Positions 8,627-18,794 of a DNA stretch of 64,000 nucleotides are shown here, in pieces. Origin of the DNA: Candidatus Latescibacterota bacterium. GTDB taxonomy: Bacteria > Latescibacterota > UBA2968 > UBA8231. Every line of letters starts with the position of its first letter. Positions within the stretch are counted from its first letter, which is position 1. The stretch spans positions 1 through 64,000 of the forward strand of contig CBDAOB010000003.1 of assembly GCA_965197905.1 (NCBI GenBank). The letters run 5' to 3'. The notes under the pieces are model-generated. The model saw nothing but the letters and a program-made list of their open reading frames with translations. It ran no database searches and was not told where the DNA came from. A program made the position numbers and the translations under genes.

Positions 8627-10141
8627 TTAGTTCTGCGACTTGCTGGAAAAGGCGGCCATTTCCTGGAACGAACCCTTGAGCTGTGGGTAGAGCGAGCGGT
8701 AGAGATCAAAGGCGCTTTCATAGACCGCATGGGTTTGCTGATCCGGCTCCGTTGAGCCGGTCATGACGATCGTCGCTTCCGCCGCCGCCGCTGCATCCCT
8801 GAACACGCCAACCCCGATTCCCGCCAGCATCGCGGCCCCAAAGGCGGCTCCCTGGGTTGCGTTGGTGGTGACAATCTCGGCATCGAAGACGTCGGCGAGC
8901 ATCCGTCGCCACAGCTGGCTTTTTGTAGCACCACCCGAGGCGTAGATGCTCTGAATCTCCGTGCCGAGGCTGCGAACTGTTTGCAGGAGATCGCAGAGAC
9001 CGAAGGTGATGCCCTCCATGACCGACCGGACCATATGTGAAAGGGAATGGCGTTGGGTCAGGCCGATCCAGCCACCCCGCGCGAGGGGATCGTCGTACGG
9101 CATCCGTTCGCCGCTGAGATATGGCAGAAAGATCAGTCCGTCGCTGCCGGCAGATACGTCCCCCGCAAGCCCTGTGAGTTGATCGAAGCTGATTTCACCA
9201 TGTGGATTCAAGGTATCCCGCAGCCACTGGAACGAGCCGCCGGCCGAAAGCATAACCCCCATCACGTACCACTGGTCGCGCACGCTATGGCAGAAGGCAT
9301 GCAGTAGTCCCTGTGGGTGGCGGATGTGGTGGTCTGCCTGAGCGAATACAACCCCGGAAGTGCCGACGGTGACCGAGCAGAGTCCGGGTTTGACGATCCC
9401 GCAGCCTAGAGCTTGAGCGGGTTGGTCGCCGGCGCCGCCCACTACTGCCGTTCCTGCCGAAAGCCCCGTGGCGGCGGCTGCCTCAGAGGTCACCTCGCCG
9501 ATTATCTCATCCGATTCCACGCAGCGCGGCAACCACTCCGCTGGGATTCCCAGGGCGTTTACCATCGTCTCAGACCACGCGCGCCGCTCCATATTGAGCA
9601 GGCAGGTGCCGGAGGCGTCGGAAACCTCGGTAGCGATGTTGCCGGTCAGCATGTAGGTGATGTAATCCTTCGGCAGCAGAACATGCCGGATCTTGCCGTA
9701 CACCTCGGCCTCGTGGTTGCGCACCCAAGCCAACTTCGGCGCCACAAAGGAGGCAAAAAGGGGATTGCTGGTCTCGGCGAGGATCGTCTCCAGACCGATC
9801 TGGGTGGTAAGCTCTTCAGCCTCCTTGAGACTGCGTTGGTCATTCCACATGATGCAGGGCCGTAGGGAGTTCCCATCGCTGTCGAGCAGGACAAGACCGG
9901 CCATTTGACCGGACACGCCGACGCCCTTGATGTCGGCGCTGTTCTCTGCCGAAGCCGCTAGCGCTTTCTTCACCGCAACACAGGTTGCGTTCCACCAGTC
10001 ATCGGTATTCTGTTCGGACCAGAGGGGGTTGGGGGTGCTGGTTTCGTACTCCTCGGTTACATTCGCCGATATGGAGCCGTCTTCCTCGAGAAGGATGACT
10101 TTCACTCCTGTCGTTCCAATGTCGATACCCAGCAAGCTCAT
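8627..10141 (-). CDS. xylB: Xylulokinase (FGGY family)
   Basis: LGIDIGTTGVK, GVSGQM, MWNDQR, LPKDY, SDASGT, GAGDQPAQALG, GTSGV, LPYLSGER and SGGATKSQLW. Confidence 0.9.
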   Translation of the reverse strand: MSLLGIDIGTTGVKVILLEEDGSISANVTEEYETSTPNPLWSEQNTDDWWNATCVAVKKALAASAENSADIKGVGVSGQMAGLVLLDSDGNSLRPCIMWNDQRSLKEAEELTTQIGLETILAETSNPLFASFVAPKLAWVRNHEAEVYGKIRHVLLPKDYITYMLTGNIATEVSDASGTCLLNMERRAWSETMVNALGIPAEWLPRCVESDEIIGEVTSEAAAATGLSAGTAVVGGAGDQPAQALGCGIVKPGLCSVTVGTSGVVFAQADHHIRHPQGLLHAFCHSVRDQWYVMGVMLSAGGSFQWLRDTLNPHGEISFDQLTGLAGDVSAGSDGLIFLPYLSGERMPYDDPLARGGWIGLTQRHSLSHMVRSVMEGITFGLCDLLQTVRSLGTEIQSIYASGGATKSQLWRRMLADVFDAEIVTTNATQGAAFGAAMLAGIGVGVFRDAAAAAEATIVMTGSTEPDQQTHAVYESAFDLYRSLYPQLKGSFQEMAAFSSKSQN

Positions 10142-10316
10142 GCGTACCCCTCAGTCGATGTCGGGCGCCCCGATACGATATTCTCGTCGGTGTGTATCAT
10201 GTCACGGTTCTCGGGCACTTCAAATCGGCATAGATTCCTTGCCGGCGACAAATTAAGTAAATGAGAAGTCTCCTGCCGCGTCGAGCACATTGAGGATAGC
10301 CTAAAGGAGCGACGTC

Positions 10317-11081
10317 ATGCTTAACATTCAACCGCGACCGGCCCAGGTCGTCGTGGAGTTGACTGCCGACCGCGTCGAGCGGGCAAATCTCTGGGTTCCC
10401 GAAATTGTCGAGGTCGGCGCCAGCGGGGAATTTCTACCCTTCGCGAAAATCCCGCAGCATCCCGTGGCCTGGATTCGGGAGGACGACGCCTCGAGGTACG
10501 ATCTTGATGTACCAGGCCTTCTAACCCTGTCTGCACGTATCAGAGCGGAAGAGTCGGGATTTGCTCTCGACTTGGAAATCGGCAACTCCGCCGCGGAGGA
10601 CTGGGGCCAGGTGCACGCGTGCACCTGCCTGCAGCTGACTCCCGCGGCCGCTTTCCTGGATCTTGGCTGGGAGCGCACCTGGTGTGTCGTCGATGGCAAG
10701 TTGGTGCGAGTGGTGGAGATGGAAAAGGTGGGAAAGGGAAAGCCGTGTTATCTCTTTTCCATGCTGGACGGACATGAGGCGCCACTGAGGCATCGCGATC
10801 CTTATCGGAACGACGCCAAGTGGCGTTTTACTGAAGCGAGCCCAGACCAAGGGTTCGTTTGTGTCACGTCCGTCGATGCCTCGAGGACGGTGTGGATCGG
10901 TTGGGAGGACGTGCAGTACCTGCAATGCAATGCCGCCTCGGCCTACGGCTGCATCCACGCGAATCCCTATTTCGGAGACATAAGGAAAGGTGAACGGGTC
11001 TCACGTCGCGGTCGTGTGGGTGTGGTTGACGGAGGCGCGGAGGTCGCTCTGGAATCCTTCCTCGAAGAATTCGGCGCGTGA
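10317..11081 (+). CDS. Hypothetical protein
   Basis: 254-aa ORF with an AAGGAG RBS and coding-like composition. No family recognised. Confidence 0.7.
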   Translation: MLNIQPRPAQVVVELTADRVERANLWVPEIVEVGASGEFLPFAKIPQHPVAWIREDDASRYDLDVPGLLTLSARIRAEESGFALDLEIGNSAAEDWGQVHACTCLQLTPAAAFLDLGWERTWCVVDGKLVRVVEMEKVGKGKPCYLFSMLDGHEAPLRHRDPYRNDAKWRFTEASPDQGFVCVTSVDASRTVWIGWEDVQYLQCNAASAYGCIHANPYFGDIRKGERVSRRGRVGVVDGGAEVALESFLEEFGA

Positions 11082-11128
11082 CCGCGAACCCCTGTAAGCA
11101 AGATCAACTAGCGTTCGTCCATCCCGTT

Positions 11129-12241
11129 TCACCCGCCCGGTATGTAGAGATTGCGGTCGGCCACAGGTAGCTCGATCCGACCACCGCCTTGTAGATGGGA
11201 GTGGGCGAGACCGAACTGCACTTCCACCGACTGCATGGTGATATCGATATTGCCCGCCGTTCGCTCGCCGGTCTCCAGCTGGCGGATGATGTCTCGGATA
11301 GTACACACTGTCGGGCCCTCGCCCGCCGGCCTGATCGTCTGCTCGTCAACAGCATCATCGCTGGCCTTACCGCTGCGGACGCGGATGATCTCGCCGTTGT
11401 CCCAGGCGTAGGCCCGCCCCTCCGTGCCGTAGACCTCAACCTCGAAGTAACCTTGCATGGGCGCGAAAAGCCCCTCGGCGCCGTTGGCGTACCCGACGCG
11501 GAAGAACCCTACCATGGGATCGGCGATCTCCTCCCCGGGAGGAGGCACAAAAGCGTGCTTTTCTGCATCGTACGAAGGGTATGAGCGGGACCGCTCGCGC
11601 ACATTGTGCTGAGCCAGCGGTTCATCGGCGCCCACCAGTCGTCCCTCCACCCAGCTGGGCGCGGGATCTCCCAGCAGCATGGCCACCAGATCAAGGGTGT
11701 GCGGATGGTGTTTGATGATATCGGTGTAGCTCCACATAGCAGCATACTTGGGCTCGCCGATCTTGCCTGCGGCAATGGCATCCCGCATGCGCTTGAAGCC
11801 GTCATGTTGCCGGCGTGAGGCTCCCCAGTTGAACGCTACGTCGTGGGTTCTAAGGGCCGATGCGATGCGATCGGCCTCGGCCAGCGAGGCGCACAGGCCC
11901 TTCTCCGAATAGATGCCGCGCACCCCGTGCTCGGCGGCGAAGACGAGCGGTTCAGCCCGAGCGAAGGACGGCGTGGTTACACTGACAATATCCGGCTTCT
12001 CCTTCTCGATCATCTCGCGGTAGTCGAGGTAGGTATTGGAAAAATCGAAACGCTCGGCGAAACGTTTGAGGCGCTCTTCACCGCGGTTGGCCACAGATAC
12101 CACCTCGGTCTCCTCGATCGCCTGGTAGGAGCTGAAATGACCATAGGGCATGGAATAACCGTTGGGCTTCAACTGGTCTTCGATCAACCCACCCATGCGG
12201 CCAGTGCCGATGATTGCGACTTTGTATTTGGCGTTGCCCAT
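11129..12241 (-). CDS. Gfo/Idh/MocA oxidoreductase
   Basis: GGAGGT RBS, KVAIIGTGRMG, YLDYREMIEKEKPDIVSVTTP and SEKGLC. Confidence 0.88.
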   Translation of the reverse strand: MGNAKYKVAIIGTGRMGGLIEDQLKPNGYSMPYGHFSSYQAIEETEVVSVANRGEERLKRFAERFDFSNTYLDYREMIEKEKPDIVSVTTPSFARAEPLVFAAEHGVRGIYSEKGLCASLAEADRIASALRTHDVAFNWGASRRQHDGFKRMRDAIAAGKIGEPKYAAMWSYTDIIKHHPHTLDLVAMLLGDPAPSWVEGRLVGADEPLAQHNVRERSRSYPSYDAEKHAFVPPPGEEIADPMVGFFRVGYANGAEGLFAPMQGYFEVEVYGTEGRAYAWDNGEIIRVRSGKASDDAVDEQTIRPAGEGPTVCTIRDIIRQLETGERTAGNIDITMQSVEVQFGLAHSHLQGGGRIELPVADRNLYIPGG

Positions 12242-12394
12242 GCGAGAGACCTCCAGGTCCAATTTGATGGGGGCTAATCTTCAGATTACCATTGCTGAAC
12301 AGCAGACTAATCTGTCCGGATAAACGATTGACGGCAAGGCGAAGGAAGAGGTGAAAGACGAAACTGATCTCCATGCCATAGGCTGGATGATGAA

Positions 12395-13648
12395 ATGAGC
12401 GAGATTCTCTACGACTGGCTCGTCCGCGGCGGTCGTGTGATCGACCCGGCAAATGGGATCGACAGCGTGCTCGACGTGGCCATCTCCGGTGGGAAGATCG
12501 CGGCCATTGAGGCGAATCTGGATGTGGGATCGGCGCACAACGTTTGTGATGCCAGCGGCAAGCTAGTAACTCCGGGTCTCGTTGATCTACACACCCACAC
12601 CTACGACCTCGTAACACCCCTCGGGATCGACGTCGATCACTACTGTCTCGGTCGCGGGGTGACGACGGCGGTCGACACCGGCAGCGCGGGCTGCGATACC
12701 TTTCCAGGCTTTCGTGCGTTTTCGGTTGAGCGCTTCCGCACGCGAGTCCTGGGGTTTCTCAACATTTCAAGGGCCGGGCTGGCTGTGGGTGCAGCAACCC
12801 TCAAGGGAGCCCCCGGTGAGCTCGAATCGCCAAAATTCATCAACGCAGATGAATGTGTAACCTGCCTCGAAGCCAACCGCGATATTCTGATCGGCGTGAA
12901 GGTGCGCTTGTCGGCCTCTATCGCGGACAACGGGACCAACGAGCCGCTGGCCTACGACGCGTCTCGAGCCGCCGCCAAGAAAACCTCGACGCCACTGATG
13001 GTCCACCACTCCATGTCGACCATTCCTGTGGAAGCCGCACCCGGACAAATGCAGCCCGGGGACATATACACCCACTGCTATCACGGCTATGAGAGCACGA
13101 TCATCTATCCCGAGACCCGTAGGATACATGCTTCCGTGCTCGAGGCGCGCCAGCGCGGCGTGTTGTTCGACATAGGCCACGGCATGGGTTCGTTCAACTG
13201 GACGGTGGCCGAGATCTGCGCCGCACACGATTTCTGGCCGGACACCATCAGCACCGACATGCACAGCCTCACGTGCGACGGTCCGGGATACGACCTGCCG
13301 ACGGTCATGTCGCGGCTGCTGCACCTGGGGATGCCTCTGACCGAGGTCATCCGCACCTCTACGGTGAATGCGGCGGCAGCGATCGGCTGGCAGGATCGCC
13401 TCGGCACGCTCGGGATAGGCCGAGACGCGGACCTCACCGTGATCTCCCAAAACGATGTAGATGTAGATCTGGAAGACTGCCATGGGCAGGTTCGGCGCAT
13501 GAAGCATCGCCTCAAGGCTGAGGCGGTTTGGAAAGACGGGGAGCCGGCGACGATAACCGAGCCGGTGCGGTGGCCCAATGCAGAAAAGGCCGCCAAAGCG
13601 AAAGAAGGGTGGCCCAATCTCATGATTCGGGACCCGTTCGCTCCGTAG
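12395..13648 (+). CDS. Metallo-dependent amidohydrolase/deacetylase (dihydroorotase-like, EF_0837/Atu3266 type)
   Basis: GGRVIDP, PGLVDLHTH, GVTTAVDTGSAG, GVKVR, MVHH, THCYH, FDIGHG, ISTDMH and GTLGIGRDADL. Confidence 0.85.
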   Translation: MSEILYDWLVRGGRVIDPANGIDSVLDVAISGGKIAAIEANLDVGSAHNVCDASGKLVTPGLVDLHTHTYDLVTPLGIDVDHYCLGRGVTTAVDTGSAGCDTFPGFRAFSVERFRTRVLGFLNISRAGLAVGAATLKGAPGELESPKFINADECVTCLEANRDILIGVKVRLSASIADNGTNEPLAYDASRAAAKKTSTPLMVHHSMSTIPVEAAPGQMQPGDIYTHCYHGYESTIIYPETRRIHASVLEARQRGVLFDIGHGMGSFNWTVAEICAAHDFWPDTISTDMHSLTCDGPGYDLPTVMSRLLHLGMPLTEVIRTSTVNAAAAIGWQDRLGTLGIGRDADLTVISQNDVDVDLEDCHGQVRRMKHRLKAEAVWKDGEPATITEPVRWPNAEKAAKAKEGWPNLMIRDPFAP

Positions 13649-13703
13649 CCTCGACGCAACTACCCGAAATCGAATCACAAACCGACAAAGCCTGGACCTC
13701 ATC

Positions 13704-15143
13704 ATGAAAAACGAAATGATTGATCCCAAGAAAAACCGGCAGCTGTTTATTGATGATTTTTCAGCTGAAACCATAACGGGCGCAAAACGCACCCTGCATT
13801 CGCCCAAGAAGTGGGGACCGGTAATAACCGGTGGCATCCAGAGCAGAACCTGTCCGCAGTGGAATTCAGAGAAGAATCGGTGGGAGTGGTGGTACGAAGG
13901 CGAGCATATCTACTACGCTACTTCAGCAGATGGCCAACTCTGGGAGAAACCGAATCTGGGGCTGTTCGAATGGGAGGGCTCGAAAAACAACAACATCGCA
14001 TTCGATCCCAACGCGAGCCCCGGGCCGCCCTATCACATCGTCCGCGACGAAACCGATCCTGACCCGGCGCGACGTTACAAAGGGCTGCTGAGTTACAGCG
14101 ACCGTTATCCGGCGGTGTCGCCGGATGGCTTCCATTGGACGCTTGTGGACACGTCTCCCATCCCAAGCCAGGACCAATCCCAGTTCACTCACGATCACCA
14201 GACGAACCAGTTTCTTGCCCTTGTCAAGCTGAGCACTGAGTGGGGTCGATCGGTGTGGCTGTCCACCAGTTCCGATTTCAGAGAATTTACCGAGCCGAAG
14301 CTCATTTTTCACACCGATGAAATCGACCGGGAAAATCGCCGCCGGCGCGTGCGCGAGGTGATCGAGAATCCGGCCTATATCACCCCGCCGATCATCGACG
14401 ACGAGGATTACATCGCCGAGTGCTACAACATGGCAGTGCTGCCTTACCAGGGTTTCTACATTGGATTTCCCACCATATTCAATCCAATCGGAGCTGTCCC
14501 GCCACCCGCAACCAACTACTGCCGTATCAACCAGATCGAGATGACCGTTTCCCGGGATCTCCTGCACTGGGAGCGCGTGGCCGACCGAGGTCTGTTCATC
14601 GCGCTCGAACCGTTCGACGGCGAGAACTACGGCTGCAGCCAGGTACTGATGGCGGGCCATCCTATCGTGCGCGAGGACGGCGAGATCTGGTGTTATTACA
14701 ACGCCTTGCGATGCCCCGGAAGCATCAAGTGGTACAGGGAGTTCGGCCACTGCAAGGAGCTGTTTCGGCTCAACGCCAAACCGGAACACTTCGCGGATTC
14801 CGGCGCGCTGACCCTCGCCAAGCTGCGGCCCGATGGTTTCGTGTCACTGGATGGCGGGGAGTGCGGCACAATTCTCACCAAGCCGTTCGAGCTCAAGGGT
14901 GAGGATGTGTACATCAACGCAGATGCAAGCTGGGGCGAGGTCTATGCCGAAATCGTCGATGGCGAAACTCGCAAGCCCCACGACGGATTCTGGGTGCCCG
15001 GTGAATGTCCGGAGCCGTTTACCGGCGACAGCACCAAAGCAATATTGAAGTGGAAACACCCGCACGACCTGGTCTTCGAGAAGCCGGTGCGCCTCAAGCT
15101 CTATCTGCGCCAGGCGCGCCTCTATTCATTCTGGATCGAGTAG
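13704..15143 (+). CDS. Uncharacterised five-bladed beta-propeller glycoside-hydrolase-like protein
   Basis: QLFIDD, YATSADGQLWEKPNLG, DPDPARRYK, SPDGFHW, SRDLLHWER and LAKLRPDGFVSL. Paralog of 23397-24890. Confidence 0.65.
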   Translation: MKNEMIDPKKNRQLFIDDFSAETITGAKRTLHSPKKWGPVITGGIQSRTCPQWNSEKNRWEWWYEGEHIYYATSADGQLWEKPNLGLFEWEGSKNNNIAFDPNASPGPPYHIVRDETDPDPARRYKGLLSYSDRYPAVSPDGFHWTLVDTSPIPSQDQSQFTHDHQTNQFLALVKLSTEWGRSVWLSTSSDFREFTEPKLIFHTDEIDRENRRRRVREVIENPAYITPPIIDDEDYIAECYNMAVLPYQGFYIGFPTIFNPIGAVPPPATNYCRINQIEMTVSRDLLHWERVADRGLFIALEPFDGENYGCSQVLMAGHPIVREDGEIWCYYNALRCPGSIKWYREFGHCKELFRLNAKPEHFADSGALTLAKLRPDGFVSLDGGECGTILTKPFELKGEDVYINADASWGEVYAEIVDGETRKPHDGFWVPGECPEPFTGDSTKAILKWKHPHDLVFEKPVRLKLYLRQARLYSFWIE

Positions 15144-15156
15144 GCGACACCAAGGC

Positions 15157-15744
15157 TCACACCCCGAGAAAGTCCGCTGGAGCCAGAGATTGCGGGGAGA
15201 ACCGCGCCGTACGCATGGCCCCTCTATACCAGCACACGCGATTCATCCGCACACCCAACGATGTTTGCCCCTGATTCTGTGCGACGAAGTCGATCTCGGT
15301 CTCCAGCTCCAGCTCGCCGTTGGTGTAGCTTCTGAACAATCCATCGCCAACGACGATCGCCACGTGGTACCAGGGGCCGATCGTATGCCTGGATTCTTCG
15401 TCGAACAGGACATAACCCTGTTCACCGACCCTGATAAATGCATCCAAGATCCACTCGTTGCTGTCGGTCAAGCGGGTTTCGAAGAGCAATCGACTCTCGC
15501 TGTCGTTCTCCTGTATATGGAAGAACCGTTGTGCGCTTAAGCCGCCGGGATACGGCTGAAAGATCAGCTCGGCGGTGAAGGTTTGGAGCCCGGCGAGAGG
15601 ATTGGTGTCTACTACGAGGGCGTCTCCTGCGCCATCGAACTCAACCGCTTTACCTGCGCCGGTATCGATCGGTTTTGGTTGACCGACGATCTCGGTATCG
15701 TGGCCGCCGACGGCATCCATTTCGCTAAGGTTCCACAGGATCAT
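15157..15744 (-). CDS. LamG/concanavalin-A-like domain protein
   Basis: AVEFDGAGD, FTAELIF, WYHVAIV, YTNGELE and WYRGAMRTARFS. ATG at 15744. Confidence 0.8.
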   Translation of the reverse strand: MILWNLSEMDAVGGHDTEIVGQPKPIDTGAGKAVEFDGAGDALVVDTNPLAGLQTFTAELIFQPYPGGLSAQRFFHIQENDSESRLLFETRLTDSNEWILDAFIRVGEQGYVLFDEESRHTIGPWYHVAIVVGDGLFRSYTNGELELETEIDFVAQNQGQTSLGVRMNRVCWYRGAMRTARFSPQSLAPADFLGV

Positions 15745-15746
15745 AT

Positions 15747-15955
15747 CTATTCTTCGCCGGTGAAGTACTCCACGTTTTCGAGAGGTTTCCAGAACCTCCT
15801 GCCTTCGGGCATTCGTCCCCACACCTGGTGGCTGTCCCCGAAACGGCGTAGTAGAGCTCCCATAGAGATCCATGGGTGTGAAAGGGAAAGTTCTTCTTGC
15901 CGGCCCTCAGAACCACATGCTGAAGATCGAACGGGCAGCCGGTATCCTCACAGCC
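15747..15955 (-). pseudogene. Cupin-domain gene remnant (N-terminus lost, internal deletion)
   Basis: PFDLQHVVLRAGKKNFPFHTHGSLWELYYAVSGT carries cupin motif 1 (HxHxxxxE). It is joined out of frame to a C-terminus DSHQVWGRMPEGRRFWKPLENVEYFTGEE*. Confidence 0.65.
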
Positions 15956-16108
15956 CTGTCACAACTAGCGGAACTCCGTCGGGTGGGTCAAGACTGGCCC
16001 CCGTTTTTGCTTGACCAAGCGCCGAATAAAGCCTTAATCCTCCCCATACGTTCTGTAAGCCCGCTCAGCTTACTGCATGTGTATGGCCTGAACGGCGAAA
16101 GGAAAACC

Positions 16109-17143
16109 ATGGACATTCTCGAACGATACGTGGCTATCGACAACAAATGTGCCTGGCCGAATCTCACGCTCATGCCGGACGGCAGCATCGTTGCGTCTGT
16201 TTTCGGCGAGCCCTGTCACCTGTTGTGGGAAGGTGCGGCGGAATGCTGGCGCAGCGAGGATGGAGGCAGAAGCTGGTCATTCTTGAGCGTGCCCGTCCCC
16301 AACGAGAAGGACACCAATCGCGGTAATCTAGCGGCGGGTTTGGCGCACGGCGGTGCTTTGGTCGTTGTGTGTGCCGGTCGGGGCAACGTCAACCCGAAGG
16401 GTGTGCGGAGCACGCAACCCGATACCTCGGGAGGTTGTCCCGTGCTGGCGCCCATCGTCTCCAGATCCGAAGACGGCGGCCACACCTGGACTCACGAGAG
16501 CCAGCTGTTTACACCCGCAACCGGAAATGTGAAACCGTTTGGCGATATTGTGATGCTGCCGGGACGTCGCCTGGCTGCTTCAGGTTATTCGGCAACGGAC
16601 GAGTACTCAGTAGACGAAAGCGGCGACAGTGCCTGGATCTATTTCAGCAACGATGACGGGCGTACCTGGGGCTATGCCCGGCTCATTGGGGACGGCTACA
16701 ACGAAACCGCCCTGCTGGTGTTGGGCGAAGACAAGATGCTCGCCGCGTGTCGCACGGCGAAAACCGCCGAAACCACGATCTTCGCCTCGAGTGATGGGGG
16801 GCAATCATGGACCTGTCGCGGTCCGGTAACGCCGGCGCGGCATATGCCGGCCCATCTCCTACAGCTGCAGGACGAGTCGATCCTGCTCACCTACGGAGTG
16901 CGGTTGCGGGGCATGCTCGGTGTTTGCGCCAGCATCAGTCGAGACGAGGGCTTCACCTGGGATGATCCGCGTGTTTTGTTCAACATAGCTGCCTACCAAT
17001 CGAACGTGAGCAGCAAGGGTACCGATGGCGGGTATCCGTCCAGCGTGCAGTTGGCAGACGGCTCCATTCTCACCGCCTACTACTGCCAACAGATTCCCAT
17101 GCACCAGCGCTATCACATGGGTGTCGTACTCTGGCAGGACTGA
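16109..17143 (+). CDS. Sialidase-like BNR/Asp-box protein
   Basis: Five Asp-boxes (SEDGGRSW, SEDGGHTW, SNDDGRTW, SSDGGQSW, SRDEGFTW) and DGGYPSSVQL. AAGGAA RBS before ATG 16109. Confidence 0.85.
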   Translation: MDILERYVAIDNKCAWPNLTLMPDGSIVASVFGEPCHLLWEGAAECWRSEDGGRSWSFLSVPVPNEKDTNRGNLAAGLAHGGALVVVCAGRGNVNPKGVRSTQPDTSGGCPVLAPIVSRSEDGGHTWTHESQLFTPATGNVKPFGDIVMLPGRRLAASGYSATDEYSVDESGDSAWIYFSNDDGRTWGYARLIGDGYNETALLVLGEDKMLAACRTAKTAETTIFASSDGGQSWTCRGPVTPARHMPAHLLQLQDESILLTYGVRLRGMLGVCASISRDEGFTWDDPRVLFNIAAYQSNVSSKGTDGGYPSSVQLADGSILTAYYCQQIPMHQRYHMGVVLWQD

Positions 17144-17194
17144 ATCTTGCGGAGGGACGTCGAGCTGATAGTCCCGTCGGCGCGTCGAGAGCCA

Positions 17195-18760
17195 TCATCG
17201 CTGAATGGGGTCGAAAAATGTGAGATCGGCTCCAAAGTTGTCCATAACGGATACCGAATCCCCCAGAAGCTGCACAGCTATCTTTCTCGTGCGGTGTTCG
17301 AGCATGATCTCACGGTGTGCCAATGGGAATTCGAAGGTAATCGGATGGTCAAGTCGCGGGGTGGGGATCATCAAGTAACCGTTGGTAAAGCGGAAGGGTT
17401 TTGGGGCACCTTTGACGCGGAGTTCATCGCGATCGATCCATCCGGGCAGGCGGACGAATAGCGGTCCGGGCTGTTTGACCGCAACAGTCAGCGCCGGGTG
17501 GGTGTAGGGGGATTGGACCTCAATGGCCGCGGATTCATGGTCGAAGAGGAGATTGACCCAATGTCCGGCCTCGTCCGAGTGGGTGATCGCCCTCACGGCT
17601 TCGCAAAGTGAGGCGGTTCCTCCCCCCACGATGTCCATGTTGAAGCTGACGGTTTCCCGGTCCAGTGATTTGTGTCCATAGGGGGCTGGGAATCCGAATC
17701 CGCCTTGGTGCCGTGCCGCTACATCTCGTTTCCCATCCTTTCCTTCAGGATTGGGTGGGTCGGGGATGAAGGAGACGTCCCGCAGCTGGGACGGTAGAAT
17801 GTGGCATCGGAGGATTCTCTCCGCGTCTTCGTAGTATTCCGGATAACCGTGTTTTCCCAGGATGAGGGCCGTTTCCACGATGTCGCCCGAGTTGTTGATT
17901 TCACCCATATCTGTGTCGGCATCATCGTCACTGTTTTCGATGACCCATCCGACCATATCGCGTATCTCCCATAGCCCATTGTCATAGAAAGACCGCACGC
18001 GATTCATCAGTTCAGCGTCTGACGTGAGATCGGCCAGCTGAGCCAGAGAAGACATGACGCAGGTGGTTGAGTGGGTGTGGGATCCGAACGCTTCGCGGTC
18101 ATACGAGCCGTCCACACCGAAGAACTCCAACGCCTTCTCCTTGAGCACTATTGCCAGGTCGAGCGCCGGAGCGTGTGAGGTCGCCCGGAAGTACTTCACC
18201 AGCGGACCGATGGACCTTCCAAGTCCGATGATAAAGGTGGAGTCCTTAATCTCCAGATTCAGTTCTCCCTCCAGATATTCGCAGTCCCATCCGTTGTCGG
18301 GATGCCAGTAGGTGGAGATGGCGTCGATGCTGGCCGCCGCCAACTCCTGGGCTCGGACCGATCCACGATAACGGGCCAGGGCGTATAATGCGTGAAATCC
18401 CTCGCGACAATTGTGCGGAGCGAAGTTTGCGAGGGGGCCATCCGCCCGGTTTCTGTTCAGCGGCAGCGCCACGGGACCGCTATAGGAGAAGAACGCTGCG
18501 CTGGCGTGCTTTTCGATGGCGTTCTCGTCGAGGGCAATGCCCACAGCGTCCTCCGCATTCAACAGAGCATTCAAATGACGACCCGGCACGTGAGATTCAG
18601 AATGGACGGCGTTGAAGCTTAGATACGCTTCGGGCAGAACCTTCGATTCGAAGAACGGAATGTCGTTGTCGTCTGCATTGAAGACGCTACTCATGGTCTT
18701 ACAGGCCATTTGGATCGCATCCACGATATCAATCGCATTCACGTCGTTCAACTTTGCCAT
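17195..18760 (-). CDS. Hypothetical protein, GH127-like (alpha/alpha)6 barrel with C-terminal beta domain
   Basis: 521-aa ORF with GSHTHS, GEINNSGD, AERILRCHILPSQL, VNLLF and PLFVRLPGW. Confidence 0.5.
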   Translation of the reverse strand: MAKLNDVNAIDIVDAIQMACKTMSSVFNADDNDIPFFESKVLPEAYLSFNAVHSESHVPGRHLNALLNAEDAVGIALDENAIEKHASAAFFSYSGPVALPLNRNRADGPLANFAPHNCREGFHALYALARYRGSVRAQELAAASIDAISTYWHPDNGWDCEYLEGELNLEIKDSTFIIGLGRSIGPLVKYFRATSHAPALDLAIVLKEKALEFFGVDGSYDREAFGSHTHSTTCVMSSLAQLADLTSDAELMNRVRSFYDNGLWEIRDMVGWVIENSDDDADTDMGEINNSGDIVETALILGKHGYPEYYEDAERILRCHILPSQLRDVSFIPDPPNPEGKDGKRDVAARHQGGFGFPAPYGHKSLDRETVSFNMDIVGGGTASLCEAVRAITHSDEAGHWVNLLFDHESAAIEVQSPYTHPALTVAVKQPGPLFVRLPGWIDRDELRVKGAPKPFRFTNGYLMIPTPRLDHPITFEFPLAHREIMLEHRTRKIAVQLLGDSVSVMDNFGADLTFFDPIQR

Positions 18761-18794
18761 GTGTTATTCCCGTCTATAGTGCGCGTTGGTGAGG

